The notes: a model not told the origin generated them from the letters alone. DNA of 64,000 bases from Octopus sinensis (GCF_006345805.1 NC_043003.1:85064001-85128000), one strand, 5' to 3'. Shown: positions 25,001 through 37,830, counted from the stretch's first letter. Made by a program: numbers and translations.

Positions 25001-27047
25001 CTGCTAAAACTCGGGTGTGATGCCGCTTCTTATTGCCTCTATCTAATCTCTATACTAACTAACTCACCCTCTCACTCTATTTCTATCTACGCTATTGCCT
25101 TGCTATATCTAATTCTTCTCTCATTTCTCCGCTTTTACTGCTCTCTTGAGGCGAACCACCATTTGTTGTTGACAATGGCTCCCGTTAAAGCCCTTTTTAC
25201 TAACGTGTTGATTCTGTCTCTGGACGGGAATGATGCGTTCAGTTTCCAGTAACCAGGACCCTGTCGATGTGCCTTATCTAAGTCTAGCGTACACGTCACG
25301 AATTTGTGATCCGTGTAGCTGACTGTGTGGAATTGTGGACATCCTAAGTTATCCCTGTCTACTGTCCTACACAGTATCCTATCTAGTTATCCCTGTCTAC
25401 TGTCCTACACAGTATCCTATCTAGATACGATCTCGACGACCCACTGCGGTTGGGCTCCATGTCCACGTTGGTGCATTTGGGTGGTCAAGTCGGTACCTGC
25501 AGACGTTGGAATCGTCTGACAGGTCTCTGAGGCATTTACATCCCCTTTCTGTTTTGGTGTCTCTCCCCACATAGTCTAGATGCGTGTCCAAGGTAGCATT
25601 CCAATCCCCCACTAAAAGTAAAGGACGAGACGTTCCCAGGAATACTTCTAGACGTCGAAAGAAATCCGGCGACCTGTTAAAAGGCGGTGCGTAGACTGAT
25701 ACGAGTCGAAAAGCGCACCCATTGTTGCCGTCGACATCCAGAACGACCAGTCTACGAATATCGTCTTGACTTCGAGATCCAGCTCTTGTGAAAAAGTACC
25801 GCCGCGGGGTGCCACTACCGCCCATCCTCCTCGGCAGACAGGGAGCAAAATAAATGTTAAACTGTCCGCCAAACATGGACTTTAGGGCCCGTGGCTCGTG
25901 GAGTCTGGTCTCACTTATGGCTATGATTCCCAAATCGTGTGACTTGATGTCATTTAGGAGGTATCCTTGTTTCCAAGGAGACCCCAACCCACGCGCATTC
26001 ACACAACCAATCTTGACCATGATTCTATAGGGGTGTGTGCTTTAAAAAACACAAAAAGGAAAGTACAGAGAGTTACTTACTTTGTGTCGAAAGTTTTGGC
26101 TTCCTCTTCTTGATGTGTCTTGAGGAGGTTTTTATAGAGTTTGTTGTGACAGGTATTTTGGAACCCCCAACAGCATTTGGAAAAGATGGCTTTGAGGTGG
26201 TGTGGTGTGTTGTGTTTGTGGTGGTGGTGTATATTTTGATGTGTTTGGGTGGTGTAGTGCGTGGATGGATGGTTAGTAGTTGAAGTCATCTTCACAGATG
26301 TTGTGTGGGCTGTGATGTACTCCATTAGTTTGGAGTCTTTTGTGTCTATCGCTGATAGCATTGTGTGTTTTTTTGTGGGTGTTGGTACTTGTTTCGTGTT
26401 GTGTATGGAGCTTTCAGGGTTCAGGTATCTCCCTGCTTTGGTTGTGTTTTCTTGTTTGTTTGTTTTTTTATCTTTTTTCTTATCTTTTTCTTTTACCCCC
26501 GGTGGCTATTTGCCATTCTGTCGAACTTCCATCGTTAGATGAAAAGTCTGACGAATCAGCAGGGGGTAAGGTAAAGCATCTGGGTCCTGTGTTTTGGGGC
26601 GGTTGTAGATATTGTTGTGGTGTGCGGGGGTGCGGGGGGGTGCGGGGGTTTGGGTGTTTGGTTGATGTCCTCCTACATCCTTGGTGCTTGTCTTCTTCGT
26701 TGTTGTTCTCGGTGTTGGAATTGGTTTAGTTGTGTTGTGGTGATGGTTCTGTTCTTTGGCACAGGTGCTGGTGTTGTTTGGTTGGGGTTGGTCCGTTCTT
26801 TGCTGCTTTTCATGCATTTTTGCATATAGTTTCTTGATTAGCCGTCCATACTGTGGTGTGGGCAATAATGCTGGCTTTTGTGGTTATTCCTGTGGCTGTT
26901 GTTGTTGTTCTTGTTTCGCGGCAGATTTGCACTCCTTTTTGAGGTGAGTTTCACTGCCGCATGTATAGCATTGTGTGTGTTTTTGTGGTGTTGGTGCTTG
27001 TTTGGTTGTGTATAGCAGCGTGGCCTTCTGCCATCGACTACTACATA
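22084..27047 (-). mobile_element. Tx1-like LINE copy 2, 5'-truncated inside ORF1, heavily frameshifted
   Basis: Same 3' end as copy 1; MVKIGCVNARGLGSPWKQGYLL at 26020; homology stops just before [11 protein letters not shown] and is followed by (GATA)n. Confidence 0.92.
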
Positions 27048-27048
27048 C

Positions 27049-27119
<71 letters not shown>

Positions 27120-27138
27120 AGAACAGACAGACAGATAT

Positions 27139-27204
<66 letters not shown>

Positions 27205-27239
27205 CAATACACAGACCCCAGACAGACAGACAGACAGAC

Positions 27240-27282
<43 letters not shown>

Positions 27283-27341
27283 ATATATATAGATAGATGG
27301 ATGGATGTGATGGATGGATGGATGGATTGGATGGATGGGTG

Positions 27342-27379
<38 letters not shown>

Positions 27380-27400
27380 CAGACAGACGACAGACAGAAC

Positions 27401-27434
<34 letters not shown>

Positions 27435-27670
27435 GATAGATAGATAGATAGATGGGATGATGGATGATGGGATGGATGGATGGATGGTGGATTGATTGGT
27501 GGATAGATAGATAGATATATAGATAGAATAGATAGATAGATTAGATAGATTAAAGAAGATAGATAGATAGATAGATGATATGAGATGACGCACACCACAA
27601 TCACACACGTACATATATATATATATATATACATACACACACATATATATATATATATATACATATATAT
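27049..27670. repeat. (GATA)n/(GACA)n/(GGAT)n/(TA)n compound array
   Basis: Direct sequence. Confidence 0.97.
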
Positions 27671-27800
27671 ATAGTTGAAATTTACTGAAAAACAAAGACG
27701 AACAAGCAATGAAAAGCCTTTTCGTTTCGAGCCTACGACCTCTTCACTTCAACAGAAAGGAACAAACACGAGATAAATAACAGAGAATAAAAATCTTTGG
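27670..27800 (-). mobile_element. Penelope-like terminal remnant with degenerate hammerhead-like motif
   Basis: Minus strand ctgttgaag..gag gtcgtag gctc gaaacg at about 27722-27755. Confidence 0.4.
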
Positions 27801-28719
27801 AGTATATATATATATTATATATATATATATATATTATATATATATATATATATTATTATATTCTATATAATGTGTGTCTGTTTTGTGTGTCTGTGTGTGT
27901 GTGTGTATAGCAATAAGAAAATGGAGAGGGTCAATAGGTGGTTCATCAACTTTTAGACATTATATTATGTCAATTTATTTATTTATTTACTAAAATGACA
28001 ATTACGAGAATATACATACATGTATAACATATGCTTTACATATAAAATATATATATAAAGATACCAGTAATTGTTAAAATATAACATACAGGAATATAAA
28101 TTGGGAAAATATCTTACAGCTGTTTCAGCCAAGAGGTAAAAATATCTCATTCTACCTTTATTCCTCCAGTAGACTGAAGTAATTAGTAGATGAAATTGAG
28201 GTACTTGAGTGTTTCTCTAGGCTTCGTCGGAGATTTTAGAAAGTACATAAGGTTAATGCAATAAAAAACACTTGTGTATTAATAATTAGGTATTCTACCA
28301 ACAGTATATTGGATAGATATTATCCCTTAGTTGGTTGGATTCACGACCTCTAACTTTCTTGGAATTAATATATGTGTGTGTGTGTATGTATATATACTTT
28401 TATTATATATCTATATATTATACATTTCAAAATGTAACCACATGTGAATCGTTGGCGATTTTCTTCCTCCGTCTTCCCTTTCTTCACACACACACACCAC
28501 ACACACACACACACAAGAAATAGCGGAAAGCAATGATGTAGAATAAAAACAGTTCAAATATGCTTGTGACATATTTATCATGTAAATTTCACTGAAGTTT
28601 ACTGTGAAGAAAATATTCATATTTTTGGTAAAAGAGTAAATATACCATTATCATCTCAGCTACGCCCTCGCTTACACCCCTAGAAGCATTTCTGGCTCAT
28701 TGAGACATTTTCAGTGGGA

Positions 28720-29140
28720 AGTGAGAGAGAGAGAGAGCTTTATAACAAGCAGTTAATCCTAGTGATTTAATTGTACTTGGTGTTATATCTCTTAGCTCCA
28801 ATCCTTGGAAAGTGTGATGGGCAAAGTGTGTTGGACTTGATTTTGAATTTCCCATCTCAGGTCTCTATTGCCACGCAAATTTTCCTTAACTCTAACAAGA
28901 GGTTTCTAGTATCCTTTCTTGTTTTGAGAGGTTCATCGGTGTCCGATGTGTTCCGGAACGTTTGTTGCACACATTCTAAACAGTTCCATCCGCTCCAAAC
29001 TTACCTCTAATTCCAATGATGGTAAGTCGAATATGTGAATCTGTTCGAAACTCTTTGTAAACTGTCTCTACACTTCGACTACGTTTTCCAACTTCCGGTA
29101 GCACTTTAGGATAATTTTCCTTTGTTCAAAGCTTCGTCTG
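28720..29140 (-). mobile_element. Tc1/mariner transposase N-terminal (DUF4817-like HTH) remnant
   Basis: Minus strand SFEQRKIILKCYRKLENVVEV*RQF..RLTIIGIRGKFGADGTV*NV..RSG. Confidence 0.7.
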
Positions 29141-29268
29141 GTTCCCTTAGGTGTTTTAAAGGGTTATACCAAAAAAAAATTTAGTTATTATGTGTGCGTA
29201 TATATACATACACACACAAATGCACATATATATTATAATATATTATATACTATATATAGTGTATTATA

Positions 29269-29299
<31 letters not shown>

Positions 29300-29317
29300 T
29301 ATATGTATATTTATATG

Positions 29318-29352
<35 letters not shown>

Positions 29353-29529
29353 ATAAGATCGTTAATTCAATCTCAAATATCGATCTTATCAAGTGGCAGC
29401 ATAGCAATAAAAACCTTCAAAGGTAATAATTATTATTAAAATCATAATTAAGGGTATCTAAGAGATACCTCCACGCTGGAAATAGCAGCCAAAACTTGAA
29501 TGTAAAACCAAATTAAATGTTCATACAGC

Positions 29530-29950
29530 GCCAGGAGAGAAGACAAAAGGACAAAATAAACTAGCAAAAAAATTACTGGATAATTCCAGATCCCGGATTT
29601 CTGGCTTTGCGTAAGAAATGCTTTGTCTCATCAGTGGAATATACACAGACAGTAACATAAATACACACATATATATATATATATACATATAACATACACA
29701 AAGCATATACACTTTCAGCTTCATACCAACTATTACTGGGGTTACAAGATACATATCAGCCCATATGGATCAAAGTATAGCTGAATTTGAGTTCTTGAGG
29801 AAAGAACGCAAATCTTCGGGTCTATAAAAATCTGCAAGACCTTCTTAACTTTTAAAGGATCATGAACCAAACAAGATCTTTTCTTTCGCAAGATTGCTAC
29901 CAAGTAGGTGACCAGTCAAAATTTACTTTAAACTAAAAGGAGAAAGAGAA
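29530..29950 (-). mobile_element. Possible degenerate RLE-LINE 3' fragment
   Basis: Only weak SIWADMYLVTPVIVG resemblance to the R4 endonuclease C-terminus. Confidence 0.3.
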
Positions 29951-30349
29951 CATACATATATAACATACATATACCGAGCTACTAAACCTTCTTTGGACTA
30001 TACAATGGAGGATGAAACTTCGAAGACGCTTTCACCACTCTTCTAGTAAGCGTATAATTACTATGTACTCTACAAAAAGTACTGAGTAATTCTTTGGTTC
30101 AATACTTCTCAAATGGAGTCCGTATGGGCTCTGAGGGCCCATATATGATGTTTGTTGATACACGCAAGGAAACAGTAAACTGAGGCGCCTGAAAAAATTT
30201 TGGTTCAGGTATATATTGCAAGAGTCAGCTAGGTTTCTTTCTCTAACATTTTACATAGTTCAACCTACAAAAGTTATTGTGTGAAAAAATAAATTTTGAA
30301 AGAAGCTTCAATCATCGAATGGCTAAGGGAGTCCACCAGAATAAAATAA

Positions 30350-33300
30350 TAATCAAAGAGGTCCATATATAAAAAATGGTTGGGAAACCCTTCTCTTAAG
30401 TTCGATATAGAAACACACACTTAGAAAATTACCTGTGGTGTTTCAGAAAAAAATTATATTCAAGGGCGAATTGATAAGTGACATATTTCGTGAAAAAAAC
30501 CTTAAAAGTCAAATTTTTTTTGTGCTAAATGATACAACAAATTCATTAGGAACTGACTGGATGGAATTATTTAACTTATGGGACCTCCTCATAAATCTTC
30601 TGTAAAAATGTGAATGGTTCTTCGTCTGGTACAAAAAAGTCGTCAGACGAATCGAAAATTTTTTTAATATTTTTCCTGAGGTTCTGTCTGATAAATTAAG
30701 TCTGTGCACCAAAACAACGGTTTCAGATAAAAGAAAACGCCATACCGACATTTACACAAAAACGAACGGTACCCTTCGCAGTGTTAGAACAGATAAACTT
30801 AGAGAGACTAGAAAAAATTGGAGTTATCCAGAAAGTGGAATATAGTCAACGGGCATCACCAACTGTGTACATTAATAATAAGAACGATAAAATCAGAGTG
30901 TGTGCTGATTTTTCCGCTGGTTTAAACATATGACTTAAAACGTGCACTATCCACTACCTACTCCGGAAGATATTTTTGCGAAATTAAACGGTGGCAAGAT
31001 ATCTTCTAAATTAGATCACTCTGATACGTACCTACAAATTAGAGTAGACGATTGATGCTCTAAACACCTAACAATTAGCACATATAAAGAACTGTATAAA
31101 TGCAACAGGTTAACATTTGGCTTAAAAGTCGCACCTCCGAGTTTTCAACAGATTATGGATACAAGGTTAGTGGACTGTGAATTCGGAATTCCATATCTGG
31201 ATGATATACTCATTAAAAGCGAATCCAGGGATCAACACGTAGAGCACGTAAAATATGTATTCGAAAAAGTTAGAGATTACGTCTTTACTTTGAGTGAAGA
31301 AAAGTCTGAAATTTTCTTACCAGATCCGTCGAGGGTAGATGTAATTAAATATATGCCCATTCCGACAAATATAGCTATCTTACAAGCATGTTTAAGACTG
31401 GAAAATTATTACCCAAATTATATTCCAAATACGCATAAGGTGAGGGTTCCACTGAATAACCAGCTGAAAAGAGATAGGAAGTGGGATTGGTCTGAAAATT
31501 GTCAAAAGTCATTTGACGAAATAAAACAAAATATTAATAATAACCGATTTGTCGTTAGCACACTTCTATCCTGCGGCGGAGATTGTTGTAGCTTCAGACA
31601 CTTCTGAGTACGGTGTAGGAGTAGTAATGCTACATAAATATAAAGATGGTAGCATGAAGGCTATGGTTCATGCTCCATATTCTTTGGTATCAGCAGAGAA
31701 AAATTAAAGCCAAATCGAAAAAGAAACTCTAGCGATTATATTTGCTGTGGAAAAATTTCTCAGAAATTTTCGTCTACAGACTGATCATCGTCCGTTATTA
31801 TATGTATTTGGGCAAAAAGGAAGGAATCCCTACCCATACTGCCAACAGGTTGCAACGCTGGGGTACGATATATTTTGAACTATATTTTCAAGATAGAGTA
31901 TATACCATCCAAGAAATCAGATCACGCTGATTGTTTATCAAGACTGATTTCAAAAAGTGCTGAACCATTTGAAGGGATAGTGTTTGCTGCTTTGAGAGCG
32001 GAAAATGAAATAAAAAATGTTTTGTGTAACGTCATATGTGAACTGCCAAGACATGAAATTAAAATCGAAAACCGATAAATTCATTTTTAAAAGAGAGAAA
32101 TACTGAAGGTTAAAAGAAATAAAGATATGCGCAACACAAACGTGAACCATTTCTGAATGTGTGACAATGTACGCACAAAGAGTTGTAGTACGAGTCACAC
32201 TACAAAAGCAATACTGCATTTATTAAAGGAATTTCGTATTGGTCACCCAGAGATTTCGAGAATGAAATCGTTAATGAGAAGTTATGTATATTGGCCGACG
32301 ATGGACCATGACATTGAAGAATTAGTGGAAGCATGAAAAGGGTGTGCCTTAGTTGCGAAAGCACCTACCACTAAGTGGCAACAGTGGTTAAAATCATACG
32401 TTTCAAGGGCCAGGCTGCATGTTAATTACGCAGGTCCTCCTAAGGGTTCATATTATCTTGTGATAGAGGGTTTTTCAAAGTGGACGGAAATGCATAAATG
32501 TAAAAAGCCGACATCTGTGGTTACAATAATTTTTTTACACGAATTGTTCGCCAGGTATGGTCTTCCTGATATCATTGTGTCTGATAAGGGAACTCGGTTT
32601 ACGTCAAACGAGTTCAGACGAGTTCGAAAATTTCTAGGTCAAATAGACAAGCGGAGCAATTTGTTGACACATTCAAGAGGGCGTTGAAAAAAGGTGAACA
32701 ATAAAGTGATGGACGATTTTGTATTTCAACAATTTCTAAGGGTGTACCGAGTAACACCTAATACATCATCATCATCATCATCATTGTTCGACCGTAGTCG
32801 AGACAATGGAATTTACCATGCTACGCCAGACTTCGCGGTCCATCATGGCATTACGGAGGTCCTGTTGCTGGATGCCTGTATCCCTGGAGATTACATCAGG
32901 GTAGGAGAGTGTGCGCCTTCTGGTATTGCGAGTAGATGGCTTCCAGAGGAGAAGAGTAGAAATTACCTCTTTTTCAGCTCTACAACAATGTCCAGCAAAC
33001 TGGACTCTCCTACCTTTCACAATACGAATACACCGTCGGGAATGTCACGTGCAGAATTGATGCTTGCTAGAAAGGTCAGATCTGCCTTTGATAAGCTGAT
33101 ATCGAGTGGAAATTTATTAAAAAAAATAAGAGGCAATTGCATCAAAAATTTTAAAGTTTGGTGACAAAGTTTTTTTTTAAAAAAAACTATAGATATGGTA
33201 AAGAAAGCTAGGAGGACGGTGTAATTATTAAACAAATTGGAAGAATGTTATTCCTGGTAAAAAGAAAACATGTCGAATATAAAAGACATATTAACCAGAT

Positions 33301-33605
33301 AAAAAAAAATTTACGGAAAAAGCAGTCAAGAGAAATGAAATCTCCAAGGAAGATTTTTGTAGGACATATTTGAGGTACCAACATGCAAGGAATTTGAAAC
33401 TATACGTTCTACCACCAGAAACTGGAAAAGAACGGAAAAACTGGAATTGAACCCTAAGCATAAGAGATGTTAAAACTCTGAGCGCAGTTCAATTCTCAAA
33501 AGGTGACAAGTAAAGGGAGACTAATTCTAAAAAGGGGAGATGTTGTGGAATCCGACCACCATCATGGTAAGCAGTTCACCGTGAGCCGTCATTGAGAACG
33601 TTGAG
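30350..33605 (+). mobile_element. Degenerate Ty3/Gypsy LTR retrotransposon (pol: RT, RNase H, integrase), PPT and start of 3' LTR
   Basis: GTDWMELFNLWD; ASPTV..KIRVCADFS; LPTPEDIFAKLNGGK; FQQIMD..PYLDDILI; SQIEKETLAIIFAVEKF; GHPEISRMKSLMRSYVYWP; SDKGTRFTSNEF; PPT aaaaaggggaga (about 33529-33540) then TGTTGT at 33541; 5' LTR not recognised. Confidence 0.9.
32765..33020 (-). mobile_element. RTE-clade LINE 3' fragment inserted in the Gypsy integrase, (TGA)n tail, 5-bp TSD AATAC
   Basis: RRVQFAGHCCRAEKEVISTLLLW..TLSYPDVISRDTG..AMMDREVWR; AATAC at 32760-32764 and 33021-33025; removing it restores YRVTPNTNTPSG. Confidence 0.88.
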
Positions 33606-33810
33606 TCACTTGTGACAGTAGTCTCCGGCAGGGAGGGGAGGGGCGACCCATGTTGTACTCTTTCGCCCCAAATTTCTCTCACTCTTTCTTCCTGTTTCTT
33701 GAGTAACGCTGCGATTGACTAGCGTCCCGTCCAGGTGGGGGGAACACATACGCCATAGAAAACCGGGCCCATGAGCCTGGCTAGGCTTGAAAAGGGCGCA
33801 TAAATAATAT
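33606..33810 (+). mobile_element. SINE-like insert interrupting the Gypsy LTR
   Basis: gcgattgactagcgtcccgtccagg..ccatagaaaaccggg resembles a conserved SINE core; A/T-rich tail. Confidence 0.45.
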
Positions 33811-34610
33811 ATATAAGTTTCTTTATTGGCCACACAGGGCTGCACACAGATGGGACAAGTTACAAGGTAGAGCTTTTCTTTTGGAGGATGAAAAAACAAA
33901 AAAACAAAAGAAACTAAAAAAAAAGGGAGTGGCGTAGGTTTTCGATCAAGAGGGATCGTAAAATGGAAGAATAGAACAAAAAAAATAAATAAAATTAAAT
34001 TAAAAAAAAGAAAAGGAAAAGGAACAAAAGAAAAGAGAAATGAAAAAAGAAGGAAAAAGGGGAAAAAAAGGGGAAGAGGAAAAAAAAACGATCAATAGGG
34101 ATCGTGTTTCACAGTGTTATGATATATGGTGTAAAGGGGAAAGCAAGTAAGGTTTATCCGTGGGAAGAAAAGCCTACGAAAAAGACCACGGTAACCTTGG
34201 TCAATATTGTTATATGTTACCACATTTGTTTGCAAGTGGGTAACCCTCTGTTTTCAATTTCTGGGTTCATAGGATTATGCTCAAGGTGGCTTCGTCATTC
34301 ATACGTGCCATCCTTGCTACATTTACCCATCTTTTTTTAAAACATTCGCTAGACAAAACTTGCCTCTCTACTCTCACTTTCCTTTTCAAGTGGTACTTGA
34401 AGAAGTTGATGAGAGGTTGACCAGAGAGGAAAGTGTTTGTCTCCAATCCTTTCAGACGCGTCCACCAGATACATTCTTTCGCCATAGCCACAAGGATGAT
34501 GAAAATAGCTCTTCCTTCCCGTTTGAAGGAAGGGGGCGTGACAATATTGACGATAGACTCAGTTGATAAACCGACTCGTCCCACACGTGACAGCAGTTGT
34601 TCGACATAAG

Positions 34611-36410
34611 GTGTACAAAACTCAACGAGACCGAGCCGTGAAAATCGAAAAGAAAGAACGCTTCAGTTATGAATACAAAATCGCTGCAAATGCCAGTAGC
34701 AATCCAAAAACCTTCTTTGCCCATGTCCAGCGGAATTCCCGCTTGAACAACCAGATTGTAACGTTGGTAGACTCAACAGGCGTATCGATTGAGGACCCTT
34801 ATCAACAGAGTCAATTATTTGCCGAGGCTTTTTCAACTATTTTCAAACAAGATGATGGTCGTGAACCCCCTCCATTTGATAGATTGGTACCTCCAATGCT
34901 TCGATTGGTCATCACGCGGGACGAAGTCAAACGTGTTATTCAAGGCCTCGATGTCAACAAGGGTCACGGCCCTGACGGCATACACCCACGGGTTATCAAA
35001 GCGTTGGCTCCGGTCATCTGCGAGCCCTTAACACGACTATTCAATATGTCATTGGCGACGGGTGTTATACCTGCAGACTGGAGAACAGCGATAATCTGCC
35101 CAATTTTCAAGAAAGGGAGCCGCGAAGACCCGCTTAACTACCGACCGGTTTCCCTTACATCAATAATCAGCAAGATGTTCGAAACCATCCTTAAGAAAAG
35201 TATGATGCTCCACCTCCTAAACACAGCCTCTATCTCTGATTCCCAACACGGCTTCGTGCCGAAGAGATCATGCTTGACCAACTTACTAGTAATGGAAGAA
35301 TTGGTGACGCGCATCCTCGACGATAGTGATGCTGTTGACATCGTTTTACTGGACTTTGCCAAAGCTTTTGACTCGGTAAACCACCGCCTATTACTTGTCA
35401 AGCTTCAAGCATATAGTTTCCATCCGGATATTGTACGATGGGTGGGTGCCTTCCTCTCAGATCGCTCCTTCCAAGTCCAAGTTAATGGTTCGCGGTCCGA
35501 CGTCTCCAGTGCGAGCAGTGGCGTGCCTCAAGGTTCAGTGCTTGGGCCCTTGTTGTTCTTAGTCTTCATAAATGACTTGCCCGACGACCTCACGCAACAC
35601 ACCCTTCTATTTGCCGACGATATCAAACTGGTCGCTCCTCGCGGTAATATAGAGGATCTTCGTCGATGCCTCCACCAAATTTGGAAGTGGTCTAACGATT
35701 GGGACCTGTGTCTGAACGTGTCAAAGTGCTGTCATCTGCCTGTCGGCTCTACTCCTGCAACTCAACTTGATTTCGAGCCGGGTCGTCTGCTGCTGGAGAG
35801 GACCGATCAGGTAAAGGACCTAGGTATCTTGGTAGATTCCTCCTTTTCGCCTTCGGCCCAGTGCGTCCATGCTGCCAACAAAGCACGCGGAATTCTGTTC
35901 TTGATTCGACGGTCATTCGGAATGCTCACAGCAGCCATATTCCTACCACTCTATGTCACGCTGGTGAGACCCATATTGGAGTATGGGATTCAAGCCTCTT
36001 CTCCTTATCTCCTCAAAGACATACAGCATCTCGAAAGAGTCCAGAAGCTGGCTACCCACATGGTTCATGGTCTCAAAAATTTGTCCTACGAAGAAAGGCT
36101 GAGGACGCTCGACCTTTATTCTCTTGAAAAACGCCGCCGCCGTAGGGATCTCATTCTCGCCCACAACATCATAAGCGGAAAGTGTAACCTCTCGAAAGAG
36201 CTGTTCTTCACTTCTGCTCCAGAGCGTCGGCTGCGGGGTCATTCCGAAAAGCTCTACCTGCGACGATTTCATCTCAATCGAAGGAGACGAGCTTTCTCCG
36301 TCCGGGTTGCGGATCCGTGGAACAAGCTGCCAGACGAGATGGTGAAGATGCCGACGACCGCTTTGTTCAAAGCCTCCCTGGACCTCAAGTGGCCTGAACT
36401 CTTTACATGA
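34611..36410 (+). CDS. CR1 reverse transcriptase ORF2 (C-terminal about 600 aa, uninterrupted)
   Basis: GPDGIHPRVIK, PIFKKGSREDPLNYRPVSLTS, QHGFVPKRSCLTNLL, DFAKAFDSVNH, SGVPQGSVLGPLLFLVFINDL, LFADDIKL, RLRGHSEKL, WNKLP; the ORF-track start at 34563 lies in Tx1 flank. Confidence 0.93.
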   Translation: MYKTQRDRAVKIEKKERFSYEYKIAANASSNPKTFFAHVQRNSRLNNQIVTLVDSTGVSIEDPYQQSQLFAEAFSTIFKQDDGREPPPFDRLVPPMLRLVITRDEVKRVIQGLDVNKGHGPDGIHPRVIKALAPVICEPLTRLFNMSLATGVIPADWRTAIICPIFKKGSREDPLNYRPVSLTSIISKMFETILKKSMMLHLLNTASISDSQHGFVPKRSCLTNLLVMEELVTRILDDSDAVDIVLLDFAKAFDSVNHRLLLVKLQAYSFHPDIVRWVGAFLSDRSFQVQVNGSRSDVSSASSGVPQGSVLGPLLFLVFINDLPDDLTQHTLLFADDIKLVAPRGNIEDLRRCLHQIWKWSNDWDLCLNVSKCCHLPVGSTPATQLDFEPGRLLLERTDQVKDLGILVDSSFSPSAQCVHAANKARGILFLIRRSFGMLTAAIFLPLYVTLVRPILEYGIQASSPYLLKDIQHLERVQKLATHMVHGLKNLSYEERLRTLDLYSLEKRRRRRDLILAHNIISGKCNLSKELFFTSAPERRLRGHSEKLYLRRFHLNRRRRAFSVRVADPWNKLPDEMVKMPTTALFKASLDLKWPELFT

Positions 36411-36465
36411 ACACCACCCTGTACTGCTATTTGCTTTTGAGCCAAATTAACTAACTAACTAACTA
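34611..36465 (+). mobile_element. 5'-truncated CR1-clade LINE, (CTAA)n tail, 7-bp TSD ACATAAG
   Basis: ACATAAG at 34604-34610 and 36466-36472; the two Tx1 flanks rejoin to match copy 1. Confidence 0.93.
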
Positions 36466-37733
36466 ACATAAGCCCACAGGTCGGAAATTGTTGGACACTG
36501 CACGAGTGCGTGCAGAACGGTTTCGTCGCTCTGACCGCATCTCGGGCAGGTCGGCCCCGTGTTTCTCGAGCCGTGTCTGTAGAGCTTATCCCGAACGGGT
36601 AGCGCTTCTCGGTAGCACTGCCAGGCCAGGGATCTCTGGAAGTTGTCCATGGGCCCTGGCCCGAAAGTCGTCCGGAATAGGCGGGTCAGGTACTCCTCGT
36701 CGATGTCCAGGTTCGCCCCGAGCTCGTCGTCGTACCTCCCCTCCACTAATCCCCTATAGAATGCTTTGGTTGTGATGAAGTCACTCAAGGTCGACCCAGG
36801 ACGGCAGAGTTGCTTGAGAGCAACGCGACACTCGCGGTGCCATTCGCCCTTCCTCGGCCTCTTTTTGATCCACGACTGCAGTTCGGTCATGGAGACGAGC
36901 TGCGGGAAAGCGTGCCTCACAAACGGCGACCACACCTGTTCACCGTCGTCTACGAAGAGCCTGAGATGTCGCAGTCTCAGCGCGTGTCTGTGCATCATCA
37001 ATTACGGCATGCCCAGTCCTCCTTTTAACGGGTGTTGACAGCAAATGGATCGCCTGACCATCGGGACGCATCCTTTCCACAAGAAGCGAAAGAGAATGCG
37101 TTGTAGTTTGGTGATGGTAGGGTCGGGACAAGGTACGACGGTCAGGCGGTAGTAGATGACGGACGCGATGTACGTGTTCGCCACCTCCGCCCGACCTTTT
37201 AGGGACAGTTTCCTCTCGGCCCATTGCCGGGCGAGAGTGACCACCCTACTCGTTATCTCGTTCCAGTTCTTCTCCACTTGGAGGTCCGGACCAAACCAGA
37301 CCCCGAGCAACTCAACCGGGCCGTCGGTCCAGCGTCCCACGACGGAGGCGCTGGTGGACGGCATGGGCTTGCTTCTCCAGGTGCCTAGTCGCAAGCCCAC
37401 TGACTTTTCCCGGTTGATTTTCGCTCCTGTCACCGCTTCGTAGTTTTTCAGTGTCTCGCCGACCTGCTCGATGTGCTCGTGGCTAGACACTATGACGGTG
37501 ACGTCGTCCGCGTATGCAGACACGCTCGTCCCGCATCCCAGTTCTCGCGGGATGCCCCTCAAAGTTGCCAGCTTCCGCAATAATGGCCCGAGAGTCAATA
37601 CGTATAGAAGCGACGATGTTGAAGGATCTCGATAGATGTCCATTCATGCGAATTACCGAACGGATGCCTCTGTACAAAGCGGCTATCCAGCCGCGGAAGA
37701 CGGGACCGAAGCTAGCCGCTCTGAGGACCGCCT

Positions 37734-37735
37734 AA

Positions 37736-37830
<95 letters not shown>

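Larger units (their letters stand above)
33817..37733 (-). mobile_element. Tx1-like LINE copy 3, 5'-truncated within RT, interrupted by a CR1 element
   Basis: Near-identical to copy 1 over YADDVTV to the C-terminus; same 3' end; short deletion near 37605 removes the QGCPLSP motif; 5' junction followed by (GATA)n. Confidence 0.93.

Noticed and set aside
28100-28240. Possible additional hammerhead remnants on the minus strand
   Set aside because: Core and stems could not be assembled convincingly.
34563-34610. ORF-track N-terminus MINRLVPHVTAVVRHK of the 615-aa ORF
   Set aside because: Derived from antisense Tx1 sequence upstream of the TSD; the CR1 is 5'-truncated at 34611.
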